DNA of 63,977 nt, filler included, from an uncultured bacterium (GTDB lineage Bacteria; DAOPZR01): assembly GCA_964637655.1 (NCBI GenBank). It is 4 parts of 4 records of this genome, joined end to end, with 100 filler letters (N's around TTAATTAATTAA, not from the genome) between each part and the next. Parts side by side here need not be neighbours in the genome. Positions count along the whole stretch, not along the records: positions 16,670 to 33,062 come from CAZWUZ010000046.1; positions 33,163 to 49,426 come from CAZWUZ010000047.1; 2 more parts are not named here. One strand, written 5' to 3'. How positions within the stretch are numbered: the stretch's first letter is position 1; each line of letters starts with the position of its first letter. Shown here piece by piece: positions 28,577 through 38,568 of the stretch. The notes below the pieces were generated by a model. The model was given only the letters and a program-made list of their open reading frames with translations, searched no databases and was not told the origin of the DNA. Position numbers and translations under genes: made by a program.

Positions 28577-30295
28577 TCACCGTTCGTCTTCCCCCTCTTT
28601 ATCGTTGAATACTGTCCGCGCGATGTCCCCTTCAGTATCGATGAAATACAGGTACCCTTGTTCCCGCTGCACCTGCTTTTCCGCCAGCACTTCCGTATCC
28701 TTCGCCTCTGTTTTTATACCACCACGCGGACCGATTTTCCCCTTGCCCCGGCACACATCCCCCTGCTTGTTCACCCAGTATAAATAGCCATCTTCACGCT
28801 TGATACCCAAACGGACAATTTTAGTCGCGCGATCAATGTCCATGCCAAAAACATTGTCCTCGATTTCATGCCACATGGCGAGCGCGTCGATTTCACCGGC
28901 GATGGTGCCGATCATGGCACGCTCTGCCTTCGTTACCTTGTTATCCGCCCGGGCAGCGTTGAGCAGTGCGGTGACCATCTGTTTTTTCACCGTTGGCGTT
29001 TCGGTGCGCATGTGTGCCCGCAGTTCTTCATACATTTTTTCATACTCCGCATCACTCAACGCCTCAATATGCTGGTACACCTCGTCGAGATCGCCGCAAT
29101 GGCGGAATATCTTCCGATAATACGCGTCTTCTTCACTACCGCGTTTCTTGTTGGCGGCAAATACGTCGGCCAGTGAAAATATCAGGAATTTGTCATGGGC
29201 GTTGCATGCGCGACTGTCAGTAGCAGTCTCCTGTGCGGGCGCACTCTCCCCCTGTGCAACTGATGCAGGAGCGCTTTCCACCGCAGCCTGAACTGCGGCA
29301 GCGACAACTACGGGCGTTGCCACAACTATAGCCGACATTTCCGCTTTCGCTGGTTCTATTCGTCGCCGCGCTGCTGCGGGTTGCAACACTCCTTTCGGCA
29401 CCTTGGCGAGTCGCAGCGGGAGAATGCCCGGCAGCAATTCATCGAACTCTGCCAATGCACACCGCGGCTCACCGCCACCAACCAGGCGGCAATAGGCATC
29501 GGAATAGTAGAAAAACTCGAGCGCCTTGGCCCTGAGCGGTTCGTAGGGATGGGAGCGGTTCAAATCCTGCTCGGAAAAATAGTCGCCGGTCGCAATCAGT
29601 CGCTCCGCCTGCAGCAGGTATGACTGCGGGTCATAAATCCCGAATTTATCCACCGGACCAGCTGACAGTTTCGCCGAAGCAATAACCGTCGCGGAAAAAT
29701 CATTGCACGCGAGCAGTCCCACGCGGTCAGCATTCAATTCGGCAACCTGTTTGATCAGCGAACAGATGTTCAGCAGTTCTGCCATACGCCTGCTTTTCAG
29801 GAACCGTTTCGCATACGCCGGCAATACTTCTCCCGCCTTGCCAAGGGTTTCGATAGCCAGCAGTTTTTCCACTATGGTTATCTTTCCACAATGTCCGAAC
29901 AGATAATGCCCCAGTTCATGACCGATAATGCCGGTCAATTCTTTCTGGTCATCAATCAGGTTGAGGATATTGTCACAGAAAGAAACGATAATCTCATTTC
30001 CCTCAACCATGATCACGGCATTCTCGCTCGCGAGGTTCTTCTCCTTGAACAGGGCAAGATTAGGCGAGATAGCAAAACGGTCAAACAGTGTATGGAATAT
30101 GCCGAACAGCACCGGGTGTGTTCGTTCGGTCAGTTCAACCGCCTCTTTCAGTTTCCGCTTACGTTCCTTTTCAAACAGCGATCCTTCCGGCGGCTTGGCA
30201 AGGATTTTTCTGATTTCCTCCAGCTCCGGCTCGGCATCAAGATACGCACGCAGTTTGTCTTCCAGTCCGATTTTGATATCGTCAAGACCTTTCAA
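28577..30295 (-). CDS. M48-family zinc metallopeptidase fused to TerB-like domain and two C-terminal REXGYLY repeats
   Basis: ENA..; ELTGIIGHELGH (HEXXH); AELNADRVGL; SHP; LLNAARADNKVTKAER (TerB-like). Visibly lower GC than its flanks. TTG start with RBS GGAGG. Confidence 0.75.
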   Translation of the reverse strand: MKGLDDIKIGLEDKLRAYLDAEPELEEIRKILAKPPEGSLFEKERKRKLKEAVELTERTHPVLFGIFHTLFDRFAISPNLALFKEKNLASENAVIMVEGNEIIVSFCDNILNLIDDQKELTGIIGHELGHYLFGHCGKITIVEKLLAIETLGKAGEVLPAYAKRFLKSRRMAELLNICSLIKQVAELNADRVGLLACNDFSATVIASAKLSAGPVDKFGIYDPQSYLLQAERLIATGDYFSEQDLNRSHPYEPLRAKALEFFYYSDAYCRLVGGGEPRCALAEFDELLPGILPLRLAKVPKGVLQPAAARRRIEPAKAEMSAIVVATPVVVAAAVQAAVESAPASVAQGESAPAQETATDSRACNAHDKFLIFSLADVFAANKKRGSEEDAYYRKIFRHCGDLDEVYQHIEALSDAEYEKMYEELRAHMRTETPTVKKQMVTALLNAARADNKVTKAERAMIGTIAGEIDALAMWHEIEDNVFGMDIDRATKIVRLGIKREDGYLYWVNKQGDVCRGKGKIGPRGGIKTEAKDTEVLAEKQVQREQGYLYFIDTEGDIARTVFNDKEGEDER

Positions 30296-30310
30296 CGCAT
30301 TCCTCCCTCA

Positions 30311-31030
30311 TCAGTATTGCCATTGCTCATGCGCCAGCGGCGCAGTGTTCAGTTCATCACGATACTGCCGCCACACCGGCAGGTGCGTGTCCAACAGCGC
30401 CCGAAACCGCGCGTCATGCCGCCGTTCGATGAGGTGCAGCAGTTCATGCACCACGATGTATTCCAGACACTGCCTCGATTTTTTCGCCAGTTCGAGATTG
30501 AACCAGACCCGTCGCGCGCGCGGATTGCACGTCCCCCAGCGTGTGCGCATCCGCTTGATTCCCCACGCCGCCGCCGCCACCCCCAGTCGTGCCTGCCACT
30601 GCGCCAGCAGCGGCGGCAGCAATTCGCGCCGGCGGGCCCGCTACCACGCATTGACCACTGCCCGCCGCCGGGCTTCGGTCGCCCCCGACGGCACCGTCAG
30701 CACCATGGTCTGCTTGTCCGGCAGCACCACGCCGGCCGGTCCGCGCTGCTCGATCACCCGCAACCGGTAACGCTGGCCAAGATAGTAATGGCTCTCGCCA
30801 CTGGCCAGCAGCCGCGGCACCTGTCGCGGCTGCTGGCGGTGCCGTTCGCGCTGTTTTTTGATCCAGCCAAGTTTGTCGATAATCGCCAGCCGCACCGCGT
30901 CATCGCTGGTGTGCATCGGCACGGAGAGGCGCACCCGCCCGTCAGGGGGATAGACGCCGAGATTGAAACTGCGAATCGGCTTACGCGTGACGGCCACTGT
31001 CACACCACCAACAGTCAGTTCAGTATTCAT
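30311..31030 (-). pseudogene. YgjP/DUF45 (SprT-like, M48-annotated) metal hydrolase typical of type I R-M loci, interrupted by in-frame TAG at 30641-30643
   Basis: RKPIRSFNLGVYPPDGRVRLSVP, SGESHYYLGQRYRL, then W-TAG-R in frame, continuing to MRTRWGTCN...LEYIVVHELLHLIERRH. Confidence 0.8.
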
Positions 31031-33062
31031 GCTGCTGCTGCACCAGTTCGAGAATGCGCTCGATGCGCGCCGCCACCGCCGCGTCCCGCGCTGCCGCCGG
31101 CGTTGCTTCGGCAACACCAGTCGCGGCCGCTGTGCCCGCCACCGCTTCAGCAATCGCCTTGCGCACCGCCTTCACTTTCAGCGGATTGCCACGCCAGTTG
31201 TCCTGCCGCGTTTCGCGCACCGCGGCATCGATGGCCAGCGCCAGTGGCTCGTTGCCGTCGAGATTGTCGTACAGGGCGCGTTTGCCGGGTGTATCAACCC
31301 GCAGCGGGTAGGTGCCCGAGGTCTGCGGCTGCACCACCTGCCGCGCAAGGTTGGCCACCTCATCCAGAAACTTCTGGTAGGCGATGGCTTCCGTACGCCG
31401 CTGCTGCAGCAGCGCCTCGAGCAGCGTGGACATGGTGTCGTAGTACTTCGGGTTGAGCGGCCGCTCCTCCATGATACGTCGCCGCACATTGTTGACGATG
31501 GTCTCCGCCGCCGCTTTCTGATCGCCACGCAGGCCGGCCGGAAGTGCCTCTGCCGCCGCCGCCCCGCCCCGTTCGACCAGCAACTGCACCAGCGACAGAT
31601 CGTCGAACGCCGACACCTTTCTGCTGTCATCCGCGCGGATGTAGGAATCGATCAGGTGACGCATTGCCGGCTCGTACATTTTCAGGTCGATGGCATCGCC
31701 GCTATGCAGTTTGATTTCCGCCCGTAATTTCTCGTAGAAGGCCACTTCCCGCTCGATAGCCGCCGCCTCCGCTGCGCTGTAGCCGGCCGGCGTCATTTCC
31801 GCCGCGAGTTGCGCATAGGCGCGCACCAGTTTGCCCACCTGTTTGTAGAGCGTCACCCGCTGCGGTTCATTCGCCTTGAGTTGCTCCGCATTCCCCTGTT
31901 CGGCTGCCGAAAAGTAGCGGAAATAATCCGCCTGCTGCTTGGGCGCCGCCACCGGCTCGCACAGGGCGCGTACCGCCTCCAGCGCCGCCGTCAGTTCGTC
32001 CTTCGCCTTCTGCAGCCGGTCCTGCAGCACACCGGCAACATCCTCGCGATCGTAGCCGTCCAGGGCTCCGGACGTGTAGTCCTTGACCGCCCCTTCCAGC
32101 GACTTGAACAGGTCCTTGTAGTCGATAATGCAGCCGAATTCCTTGTCGTCGCCGTCGAGACGGTTGACCCGGCAGATGGCCTGAAACAGCCCGTGGTCGC
32201 GCATCTGCTTGTCGATGTATAGATAGGTCGCGGGGGGGGCATCAAAACCGGTCAGCAGTTTGTCCACCACGATCAGCAATTTCATCTGTCCGGGCTCATT
32301 GATGAACTTTTTCTTTACCTGGCGTTCGAACTCCTCGACGCGGTTGACGGCCGCCTCCGGCGCTACATTGAACCAGTCCGCCAGCATCTGCCGGTAGATG
32401 GCGAATTTGTGCAGTGCTTCCGTTTCCCCTTCGCCGCTCTCCTCACCCTTGATCTGCGCCGCTGCGGGCACATACGAGGTGATGATGGCGCATTTCCCTT
32501 TCAGGTCGGTGCGGGCAAAGATTTCAAAGAATTTGCACGCCTCGTAAATGCTCCCCGCCACCAGCAGCGCATTGCCGCGCCCGCTCTGCAGCCGGTCGCG
32601 CGTCTCCATATCGAAGAGGATATCGTTGGCAATCTTTTCGAGGCGGTCTTTGCAGGAGAGTACCTTCTGCAGGTTCCCCCAGCGCAATTTGAGCTGCGCC
32701 TTGGCCAGCGGCGTCAGGCCGCGCGTCTTGAGTTCGAACCACTGGTCGATCTTCTCCTGCGCGGTGATGTGCTGGTCGATGTCCCGCGCCTCGTAGCGCA
32801 AATCGAGCACCACCCCGTCCCTGACCGCCTCGTGGTACTTGTAGGTGTGGATGTAGCTGCCGAAAACCTCGATGCTCTTCTTCTTGTCCGCCTTGAGCAG
32901 CGGCGTGCCGGTAAAGCCGATGAACATGGCATGGGGCAGTATCGCCTTCATCGCGTCATGCAGCATCCCCGACTGCGTGCGGTGACATTCGTCGACATAG
33001 ACGTACAGGTCACCCTTTGGCGCGAAGCCGGGGGGGAGCGCCTTTTTCAAGTCAGCGATATA
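31020..33062 (-). CDS. hsdR: Type I restriction endonuclease subunit R (C-terminal two-thirds; 5' part lost in gap)
   Basis: DECHRTQSG, FIGFTGTP, LLIVVDKLLTGFDAP and QAICRVNR SF2 helicase motifs; overlaps the YgjP-like gene. Confidence 0.95.
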   Translation of the reverse strand, partial: YIADLKKALPPGFAPKGDLYVYVDECHRTQSGMLHDAMKAILPHAMFIGFTGTPLLKADKKKSIEVFGSYIHTYKYHEAVRDGVVLDLRYEARDIDQHITAQEKIDQWFELKTRGLTPLAKAQLKLRWGNLQKVLSCKDRLEKIANDILFDMETRDRLQSGRGNALLVAGSIYEACKFFEIFARTDLKGKCAIITSYVPAAAQIKGEESGEGETEALHKFAIYRQMLADWFNVAPEAAVNRVEEFERQVKKKFINEPGQMKLLIVVDKLLTGFDAPPATYLYIDKQMRDHGLFQAICRVNRLDGDDKEFGCIIDYKDLFKSLEGAVKDYTSGALDGYDREDVAGVLQDRLQKAKDELTAALEAVRALCEPVAAPKQQADYFRYFSAAEQGNAEQLKANEPQRVTLYKQVGKLVRAYAQLAAEMTPAGYSAAEAAAIEREVAFYEKLRAEIKLHSGDAIDLKMYEPAMRHLIDSYIRADDSRKVSAFDDLSLVQLLVERGGAAAAEALPAGLRGDQKAAAETIVNNVRRRIMEERPLNPKYYDTMSTLLEALLQQRRTEAIAYQKFLDEVANLARQVVQPQTSGTYPLRVDTPGKRALYDNLDGNEPLALAIDAAVRETRQDNWRGNPLKVKAVRKAIAEAVAGTAAATGVAEATPAAARDAAVAARIERILELVQQQHEY

Positions 33063-33162
33063 NNNNNNNNNNNNNNNNNNNNNNNNNNNNNNNNNNNNNN
33101 NNNNNNTTAATTAATTAANNNNNNNNNNNNNNNNNNNNNNNNNNNNNNNNNNNNNNNNNNNN
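33063..33162. other. Artificial scaffold spacer
   Basis: 100-nt N block with TTAATTAATTAA. Confidence 0.97.
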
Positions 33163-33554
33163 TCCTGTTCGCCAACGAGACGCAGGCGCGCGCCGTGCTG
33201 CTGATGCGGGTGCTGTCGGCGGTCTTCATTGTGTTCAGTTTTATCATCGCGCTGAAGAAATTCGACATTATCGTCACGCTCATGTCGCTGTCGTGGGGCG
33301 TGGTTGCCGGGTCGTTCATGGCACCCTATCTCTACGCGCTGTACTGGAAGCGCACGACGCGCGCGGGGGTCTGGGCGGGGATGCTGACCGGGCTGGTGAC
33401 GGCCATCGGGCTGTTCTACCTGCTCGGACCGGCAAAGTCGCCGCTGGCGTCGAGCATCGCCATGGTGCTCCCCTTCGCGGTGGTGCCGCTGGTGAGTTTC
33501 TGCACCCGCCCGCCCGACGCGGCGGCAGTGCAGCGCGCCTTCGACCGGATCTGA
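33163..33554 (+). CDS. Sodium:solute symporter family protein, C-terminal fragment
   Basis: SWGVVAGSFMAPYLYALYWKRTTRAGVWAG and VVPLVSFCTRPP, typical SSS C-terminal helices. Confidence 0.8.
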
Positions 33555-33558
33555 CGCA

Positions 33559-34608
33559 GTGCGCCTTGCCCTCGACGCGCGGATGCGCGCACACAGCGGG
33601 GTGGGCACCTACCTGCGCGGCCTCTTCCCCGAGCTGGTCCGCCGTCTCCCGCAGCACGAGTGGTTTGTCATCCAGCCGGGTGACGGGAAATGGAACCTTT
33701 CGGGGGCGACGCTGCTGGCCTGTGAAACGCCGCCGCTGACGGCGGCTGAGCATCTCGTGCTGCCGCGCCTGCTGCGACAGCGGCAGGTTGACTGGCTGTT
33801 TGTGCCGCACTTCAACGCGCCCTACGAGTGGCCGGCGGAACGGACGCTGGCCGTGGTGCATGACCTCATCCCGCTGCAGTTCCCGCGCCTGAGCCGCCCC
33901 TGGGTCCCCCCGGTCTTCCGCTTTCTCACTGAGCGCCTGCTGGCGCGCTCACCGTTAGTGGTGACGGATTCGGTTGCCACCGCCACGGCGCTCCGGGCGT
34001 TGCGCGAACGGGAGTATCCCGTGGTCTATCCCGGCCTGGCGCCGCTGCCGCAGCGCCGGGCGCGGCCGGCGGCAGGCACGCCGTACGTGCTGGTGCTCGG
34101 CGGCAAGGCGCACAAGGATGCGGCGTTCGCGGTGCGTGTGGCGGAGCAACTGGCTGACGACACGGTGCACTGGGTCATCCGGCAGACAGCGGGCGAGGAT
34201 GGCGGGGCGACCGCAGCTGCCGTTGCCGCCTCGGCACAGCGCGAACGCATCACGCTTATCGACAAGCGGGTGCCGGAGGAAAAACTGCACGACTTGTACG
34301 CGGGCGCGGCGGTTTTCCTGTTCTGCAGCCGCGTCGAGGGGTTCGGCTATCCGCCGCTCGAGGCAATGCAGCATGGCGTGCCGGTGGTGGCGCGGCGGGC
34401 GGGAGCGCTGCCCGAAGTGCTCGGGGACGCCGCCGGCTGGTTCGACGGTGACGATGCGGCCGGCGCGGCGGCGGCGGTGCGCGCGCTGCTGACGGATATG
34501 GCGCTGCGCGCGAACCGGGTGGCGTGCGCGCATGAGCGCTGCGCGCGCTACACCTGGCTGACAGCGGGCGCGCGCATGGCGGAACTCGTTGGCGCGGCCG
34601 TGGCCTGA
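33559..34608 (+). CDS. Glycosyltransferase family 4 (MtfB-like)
   Basis: MRLALDAR..SGVGTY, VVHDLIP and EGFGYPPLEAMQHGVPVV motifs. Confidence 0.9.
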   Translation: MRLALDARMRAHSGVGTYLRGLFPELVRRLPQHEWFVIQPGDGKWNLSGATLLACETPPLTAAEHLVLPRLLRQRQVDWLFVPHFNAPYEWPAERTLAVVHDLIPLQFPRLSRPWVPPVFRFLTERLLARSPLVVTDSVATATALRALREREYPVVYPGLAPLPQRRARPAAGTPYVLVLGGKAHKDAAFAVRVAEQLADDTVHWVIRQTAGEDGGATAAAVAASAQRERITLIDKRVPEEKLHDLYAGAAVFLFCSRVEGFGYPPLEAMQHGVPVVARRAGALPEVLGDAAGWFDGDDAAGAAAAVRALLTDMALRANRVACAHERCARYTWLTAGARMAELVGAAVA

Positions 34609-35684
34609 TGCGTCTCGCGCTGGCCCACGACTGGGTCTTCCACCGCCGCGGCGGCGAGGTGGTGTGGGAGGAGGTACGGGCGCTGCTGCCGGACGCGGAA
34701 CTGCTGGCGTTGTTCGCCGACGACCGGAACTGGCCGGCGGCATGGCGCGGCACGCGCATCCGGACGAGCGTACTCAACGACCTGCCCGGCAGCCGGCACT
34801 ACTACCGGGCGCTGCTGCCGTTTTTTCCGCTGGCGCTGCGCGGCCTGCGCAGCGATGCGGACCTGACGGTCAGCATCTCGCACTGCGCTATCAAGAACCT
34901 GCCGGTGACCGGCCGGCATCTGTGCTACTGCCTGACCCCGGCCCGTTATTTTTACGACCTGCGCGCGGAGTATCTCGCGTCGCTGCCGGTCTGGATGCGT
35001 TCGGTGACAGATAGTATACTCGACCGGCTGGCAGCATGGGACCGGGACGGGGCAGTGCGGGTGACGCGGTTTGCCGCCATTTCGCGCACGGTGGCGGCGC
35101 GCATCCGCAGCTGCTACGGGCGTGACGCGGACGTTATCTACCCGCCGGTGGACACGGATTATTTCACCCCGGAGGGCGGGGCGGGCGACTATTACCTCGC
35201 CGCGTCGGCGCTGGTGCCGTATAAACGACTTGACCTCGCCATCGCGGCGTGCCGGCAGGTGCGGCGGAAGCTGGTGGTCGTCGGCGACGGACCGTGCGCA
35301 CGGCAGTGGCTGGCAGAAGCCGGCAGTGACGTGGTCTGGCACCGGCAGGTGACGCGGGCGGAACTGCGTGATTTGTACCGCGGCTGCCGCGCGCTGCTCT
35401 TCCCCGCGCACGAGGATTTCGGGATCATCCCCGTCGAGGTGATGGCGTGCGGGCGGCCGGTCATCGCGCTTGACCGCGGCGGCGCGGCGGAGACGGTGCG
35501 GCCCGGGGAGAGCGGACTGCTCTGCGCGGAGCAGAACGCGGCGGCGTTCGCGGCGGCGCTGACGGAGAGCGAGCAACGCACCTGGGATCCGGCGGCCTGC
35601 CGCGCCGCGGCCCTGCCGTTCGCCACCGCGCGATTCCGGGCGGCGTTCACGGCGCTGCTGGGGGAGATGACGGGAGGAGCATGA
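34608..35684 (+). CDS. Glycosyltransferase family 4 (WbaZ-like)
   Basis: LAHDW...GGE, YCLTPARY, VIYPPVD, LVPYKRLDL and EDFGIIPVEVMACGRPVIA motifs. Confidence 0.92.
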   Translation: MRLALAHDWVFHRRGGEVVWEEVRALLPDAELLALFADDRNWPAAWRGTRIRTSVLNDLPGSRHYYRALLPFFPLALRGLRSDADLTVSISHCAIKNLPVTGRHLCYCLTPARYFYDLRAEYLASLPVWMRSVTDSILDRLAAWDRDGAVRVTRFAAISRTVAARIRSCYGRDADVIYPPVDTDYFTPEGGAGDYYLAASALVPYKRLDLAIAACRQVRRKLVVVGDGPCARQWLAEAGSDVVWHRQVTRAELRDLYRGCRALLFPAHEDFGIIPVEVMACGRPVIALDRGGAAETVRPGESGLLCAEQNAAAFAAALTESEQRTWDPAACRAAALPFATARFRAAFTALLGEMTGGA

Positions 35685-35685
35685 G

Positions 35686-37041
35686 GTGAGCGACACACGC
35701 CACGCGCGGAAACTGCGGCTGCTGGCTGACCTGGCGGCGTTCAACGCCTGCGCCATCGCGGTCTATGCCATCCGTTTTTACAGCGGGCTGGTGCCGCTGC
35801 CGCTCGGGATCCCGCCTGCGCTCCCCTATCTCAAACTGCTGCTGGCGGCCAACCTGCTCTGGCTGCTGCTCGCCCTCAGCGGGCTTGCCTATCGCGCCGG
35901 GATGCGGCTCGAGGCATCGCTGCGTGCGCTGACGCGCCTCTACCTGACTGTCTGTTTCGGGATACTCGTCTTCGCCTTTCTCTACCGCAGTTTCACCTTC
36001 TCGATGACGGTGGTGTTCACCGTCCTGCTGGCTGCCTACCCCTGCGTGCTGCTCATGCACGCGCGGTTCCGCGAGCGGCTGCCGGTCAGCCGCGTGCTGC
36101 TGCTGGGGAACGCGCAGGAAGTGGCGGACGTGCTGGCGCAGGGACGCTCGCCTGAGGGAGGGATGGTACGCATCCATGCCGCCATGGTGACGGACACGCT
36201 GCCGGCCGTGACGCTGGCGGTGCCCGCACAGGTCTGGCAGCCCGCGGCAGCGCCACCGGCGGCAATCCAGCAGGTGTGGGCAACGGCGAGCGCGACGGCA
36301 AACCCGGCCTTCCCGGCCTTTCTCGACCGTTGCAGTGCGGCAGCTATCAGCGTGCGCTTTGTGCCGTTCATTCCCGCGCTCGCGCCCGGCGCGCGGCCGC
36401 TGCCGCTGCTCACGCAACTGGTGCCACTCAACTGCCTGCGCCACCCGCTGCAGGAGCCGCACAACCAACTGCTCAAGCGCGCCAGTGATCTTGCCGGCGG
36501 GCTTGCCGGGTTGCTGCTCTGCGCCCCGCTGCTGCTCGGACTGGCGCTCTACCTGCTGCTGCGCGAGGGACGGCCGGTGTTCATCCGGCAGAAGCGGATG
36601 TCGCAGGACGGGAAGACCTTCCGCATGCTCAAGTTCCGCACCATGCGGCTCGACGCGGAGGAGGAGAGCGGCCCGGTCTGGGCGCAGGCGAACGATCCGC
36701 GGTGCACCCCGCTGGGGGCGTGGTTACGCAAACTCAGTCTGGATGAACTGCCGCAGTTGTGGAATGTGGTGCGCGGCGACATGTCGCTGGTCGGGCCGCG
36801 TCCCGAACGCCCGTTCTTCGTGCGGCGGTTTGCCGGCGAGATGTGCTACTACGACGCGCGGCACAGCGTCAAGACGGGGATTACCGGCTGGGCACAGGCC
36901 AACGGCCTGCGCGGCAACACCAGCATCGAGATGCGCACGCTCTACGATTTGTATTACATCGAGAACTGGTCGCTCTGGTTCGACCTCAAGATCATCCTGC
37001 TGACCGTCCGCGAGTTTCTCTTCCACCAATCAGCGTACTGA
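35686..37041 (+). CDS. Undecaprenyl-phosphate sugar-1-phosphate transferase (WcaJ/WbaP family priming GT)
   Basis: LKRASDL, MLKFRTM, LRKLSLDELPQLWNV.RGDMSLVGPRPE, GITGWAQANG and DLYYIENWSLWFDLKI motifs. Confidence 0.93.
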   Translation: MSDTRHARKLRLLADLAAFNACAIAVYAIRFYSGLVPLPLGIPPALPYLKLLLAANLLWLLLALSGLAYRAGMRLEASLRALTRLYLTVCFGILVFAFLYRSFTFSMTVVFTVLLAAYPCVLLMHARFRERLPVSRVLLLGNAQEVADVLAQGRSPEGGMVRIHAAMVTDTLPAVTLAVPAQVWQPAAAPPAAIQQVWATASATANPAFPAFLDRCSAAAISVRFVPFIPALAPGARPLPLLTQLVPLNCLRHPLQEPHNQLLKRASDLAGGLAGLLLCAPLLLGLALYLLLREGRPVFIRQKRMSQDGKTFRMLKFRTMRLDAEEESGPVWAQANDPRCTPLGAWLRKLSLDELPQLWNVVRGDMSLVGPRPERPFFVRRFAGEMCYYDARHSVKTGITGWAQANGLRGNTSIEMRTLYDLYYIENWSLWFDLKIILLTVREFLFHQSAY

Positions 37042-37056
37042 TCCCGCACCTGCGGT

Positions 37057-38568
37057 TCAGGAACGGCAGCGGCCGTAGGTGCGCGTGAGCGCCGCCAGCT
37101 GCCGCTGGCGGGCGGGGGTGAGGGTGTCCGGCAGCAGCCGCCACTCCCAGTTGCCGGCGGCGGTGCCCGGACGGTTGAAACGCGCGCGGCTGTCGAGACC
37201 GAGCAGGTCCTGCATGGGAATAATGGCCTGGCGGGCGACCGAGGCGAGAGTGAGACGCACCAGCGCCTCCGCGCAGTTGGCCGCCGTGAGTGCGCGGCCG
37301 CAGTCGGCGGCGCAGGCGTGGCGTTTGCTGTCAGTGGCATCGTCGGTAAACCAGCCGCGCACGGTGTTGGTGTCGTGGGTGCCGGTGCAGACGAGCGCGT
37401 CCGGCACATGGTGGTGCGGCAGGTAGGGATTGCGTGCGTCGTCACCGAAGGCGAAGAGCAGCACCTTCATCCCGGGGAGGCGGAACTGCGCCATCAGGTC
37501 GCGGACCGGGTCGGTGATGATGCCGAGGTCCTCAGCGACGAGCGCCGCTTCCGGCAGCGCGGCGCTGATGGCGCCAAAGAGGTCGGCGCCCGGCACGGGC
37601 GTCCAGGCGCCGTGTACTGCGGTCGTTGCCGCCGCAGGGATTTCCCAGTAGGCCTCGAAACCGCGGAAATGATCGAGGCGGACGAGGTCGAAAAAGCGGA
37701 ACTGGTGGCGCAGGCGGTCGAGCCACCACCTGAACCCGTCCGCGCGCAGCGCCGCCCAGTCATAGACGGGATTGCCCCAGCGCTGCCCGGTGGCGCTGAA
37801 GTAGTCCGGCGGCACCCCGGCGACATAGGCGGGAGTGCCGTCGGCATGGAGTTTGAAAAAGTGCGGACGGGTCCACACCTCGACGCTGTCGGCGGTGACA
37901 TAGATGGGGAGGTCGCCGAAGAGGCGCAACCCGCGCCGGTGCGCATGCTCGCGCAGGCGCGTCCATTGCTGCCAGAAGACAAACTGAAACAGTTTTTCCG
38001 CGGCGATATCGCGCGTCAGCAGGTCCTGATAATGGTCGATGGCTCTGGCGTCGCGCCGGGCGATGTCCGCCGGCCAGGCGTGCCACGGGCGTCCGTGAAA
38101 ATGCCGCTTGAGGGCGCGGAAGAGGGCGAAGTCCTCGAGCCAGAGCGCGTGCAGTGCGCAGAAGTGGCCGTAGCCGTCGAGCCGGTCGGGCACGGGGTGC
38201 CGTTCCGCGAGCCGCGCGAGCAGCGCCTGTTTGTAGGTATGGACGGCCGGATAGTCGGTACGTCCGGCGGAAAAGGCCGGGAGCGGCGGCAGGTCGTGTT
38301 CGGTGAGCAGACCGTCACGCATCAGCAGTTCCGGGCTGAGGTAGAGCGGGTTGCCGGCGAACGCGGACATGCTGCTGTAGGGGGAATTGCCGCAACCCGG
38401 TTCCGTGAGGTTCAGCGGTAGAAACTGCCACCAGGTCTGCTCCGCCCCGGCGAGCCAGTCAACGATGTGACTGGCCTGCGGTCCGAGGTCGCCGATGCCG
38501 TACGGCGACGGCAGGGCGGAGAGCGGCAGCAGGACGCCGCTGCTGCGCCCCGGCGTGTCGCCGGTCAT
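37057..38568 (-). CDS. malQ: 4-alpha-glucanotransferase (GH77)
   Basis: RSSGVLL..SALP..YGIGDLG, SPYSSMSAFAGNP, GDLPIYV, GVPPDYFSATGQRWGNP, RLDHFRGF, AEDLG and TGTHD motifs. Confidence 0.96.
   Translation of the reverse strand: MTGDTPGRSSGVLLPLSALPSPYGIGDLGPQASHIVDWLAGAEQTWWQFLPLNLTEPGCGNSPYSSMSAFAGNPLYLSPELLMRDGLLTEHDLPPLPAFSAGRTDYPAVHTYKQALLARLAERHPVPDRLDGYGHFCALHALWLEDFALFRALKRHFHGRPWHAWPADIARRDARAIDHYQDLLTRDIAAEKLFQFVFWQQWTRLREHAHRRGLRLFGDLPIYVTADSVEVWTRPHFFKLHADGTPAYVAGVPPDYFSATGQRWGNPVYDWAALRADGFRWWLDRLRHQFRFFDLVRLDHFRGFEAYWEIPAAATTAVHGAWTPVPGADLFGAISAALPEAALVAEDLGIITDPVRDLMAQFRLPGMKVLLFAFGDDARNPYLPHHHVPDALVCTGTHDTNTVRGWFTDDATDSKRHACAADCGRALTAANCAEALVRLTLASVARQAIIPMQDLLGLDSRARFNRPGTAAGNWEWRLLPDTLTPARQRQLAALTRTYGRCRS

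Noticed and set aside
30641-30643. TAG recoding (pyrrolysine or alternative genetic code)
   Set aside because: TAG terminates rpoD, the LTD gene and flgJ at expected positions; no pyl genes seen; a single substitution of a Tyr codon is simpler
33063-33554. Functional linkage of hsdR with the symporter/EPS genes, or of the FN3 lipoprotein with flgI
   Set aside because: Separated by artificial spacers with truncated genes on both sides; adjacency is unverified
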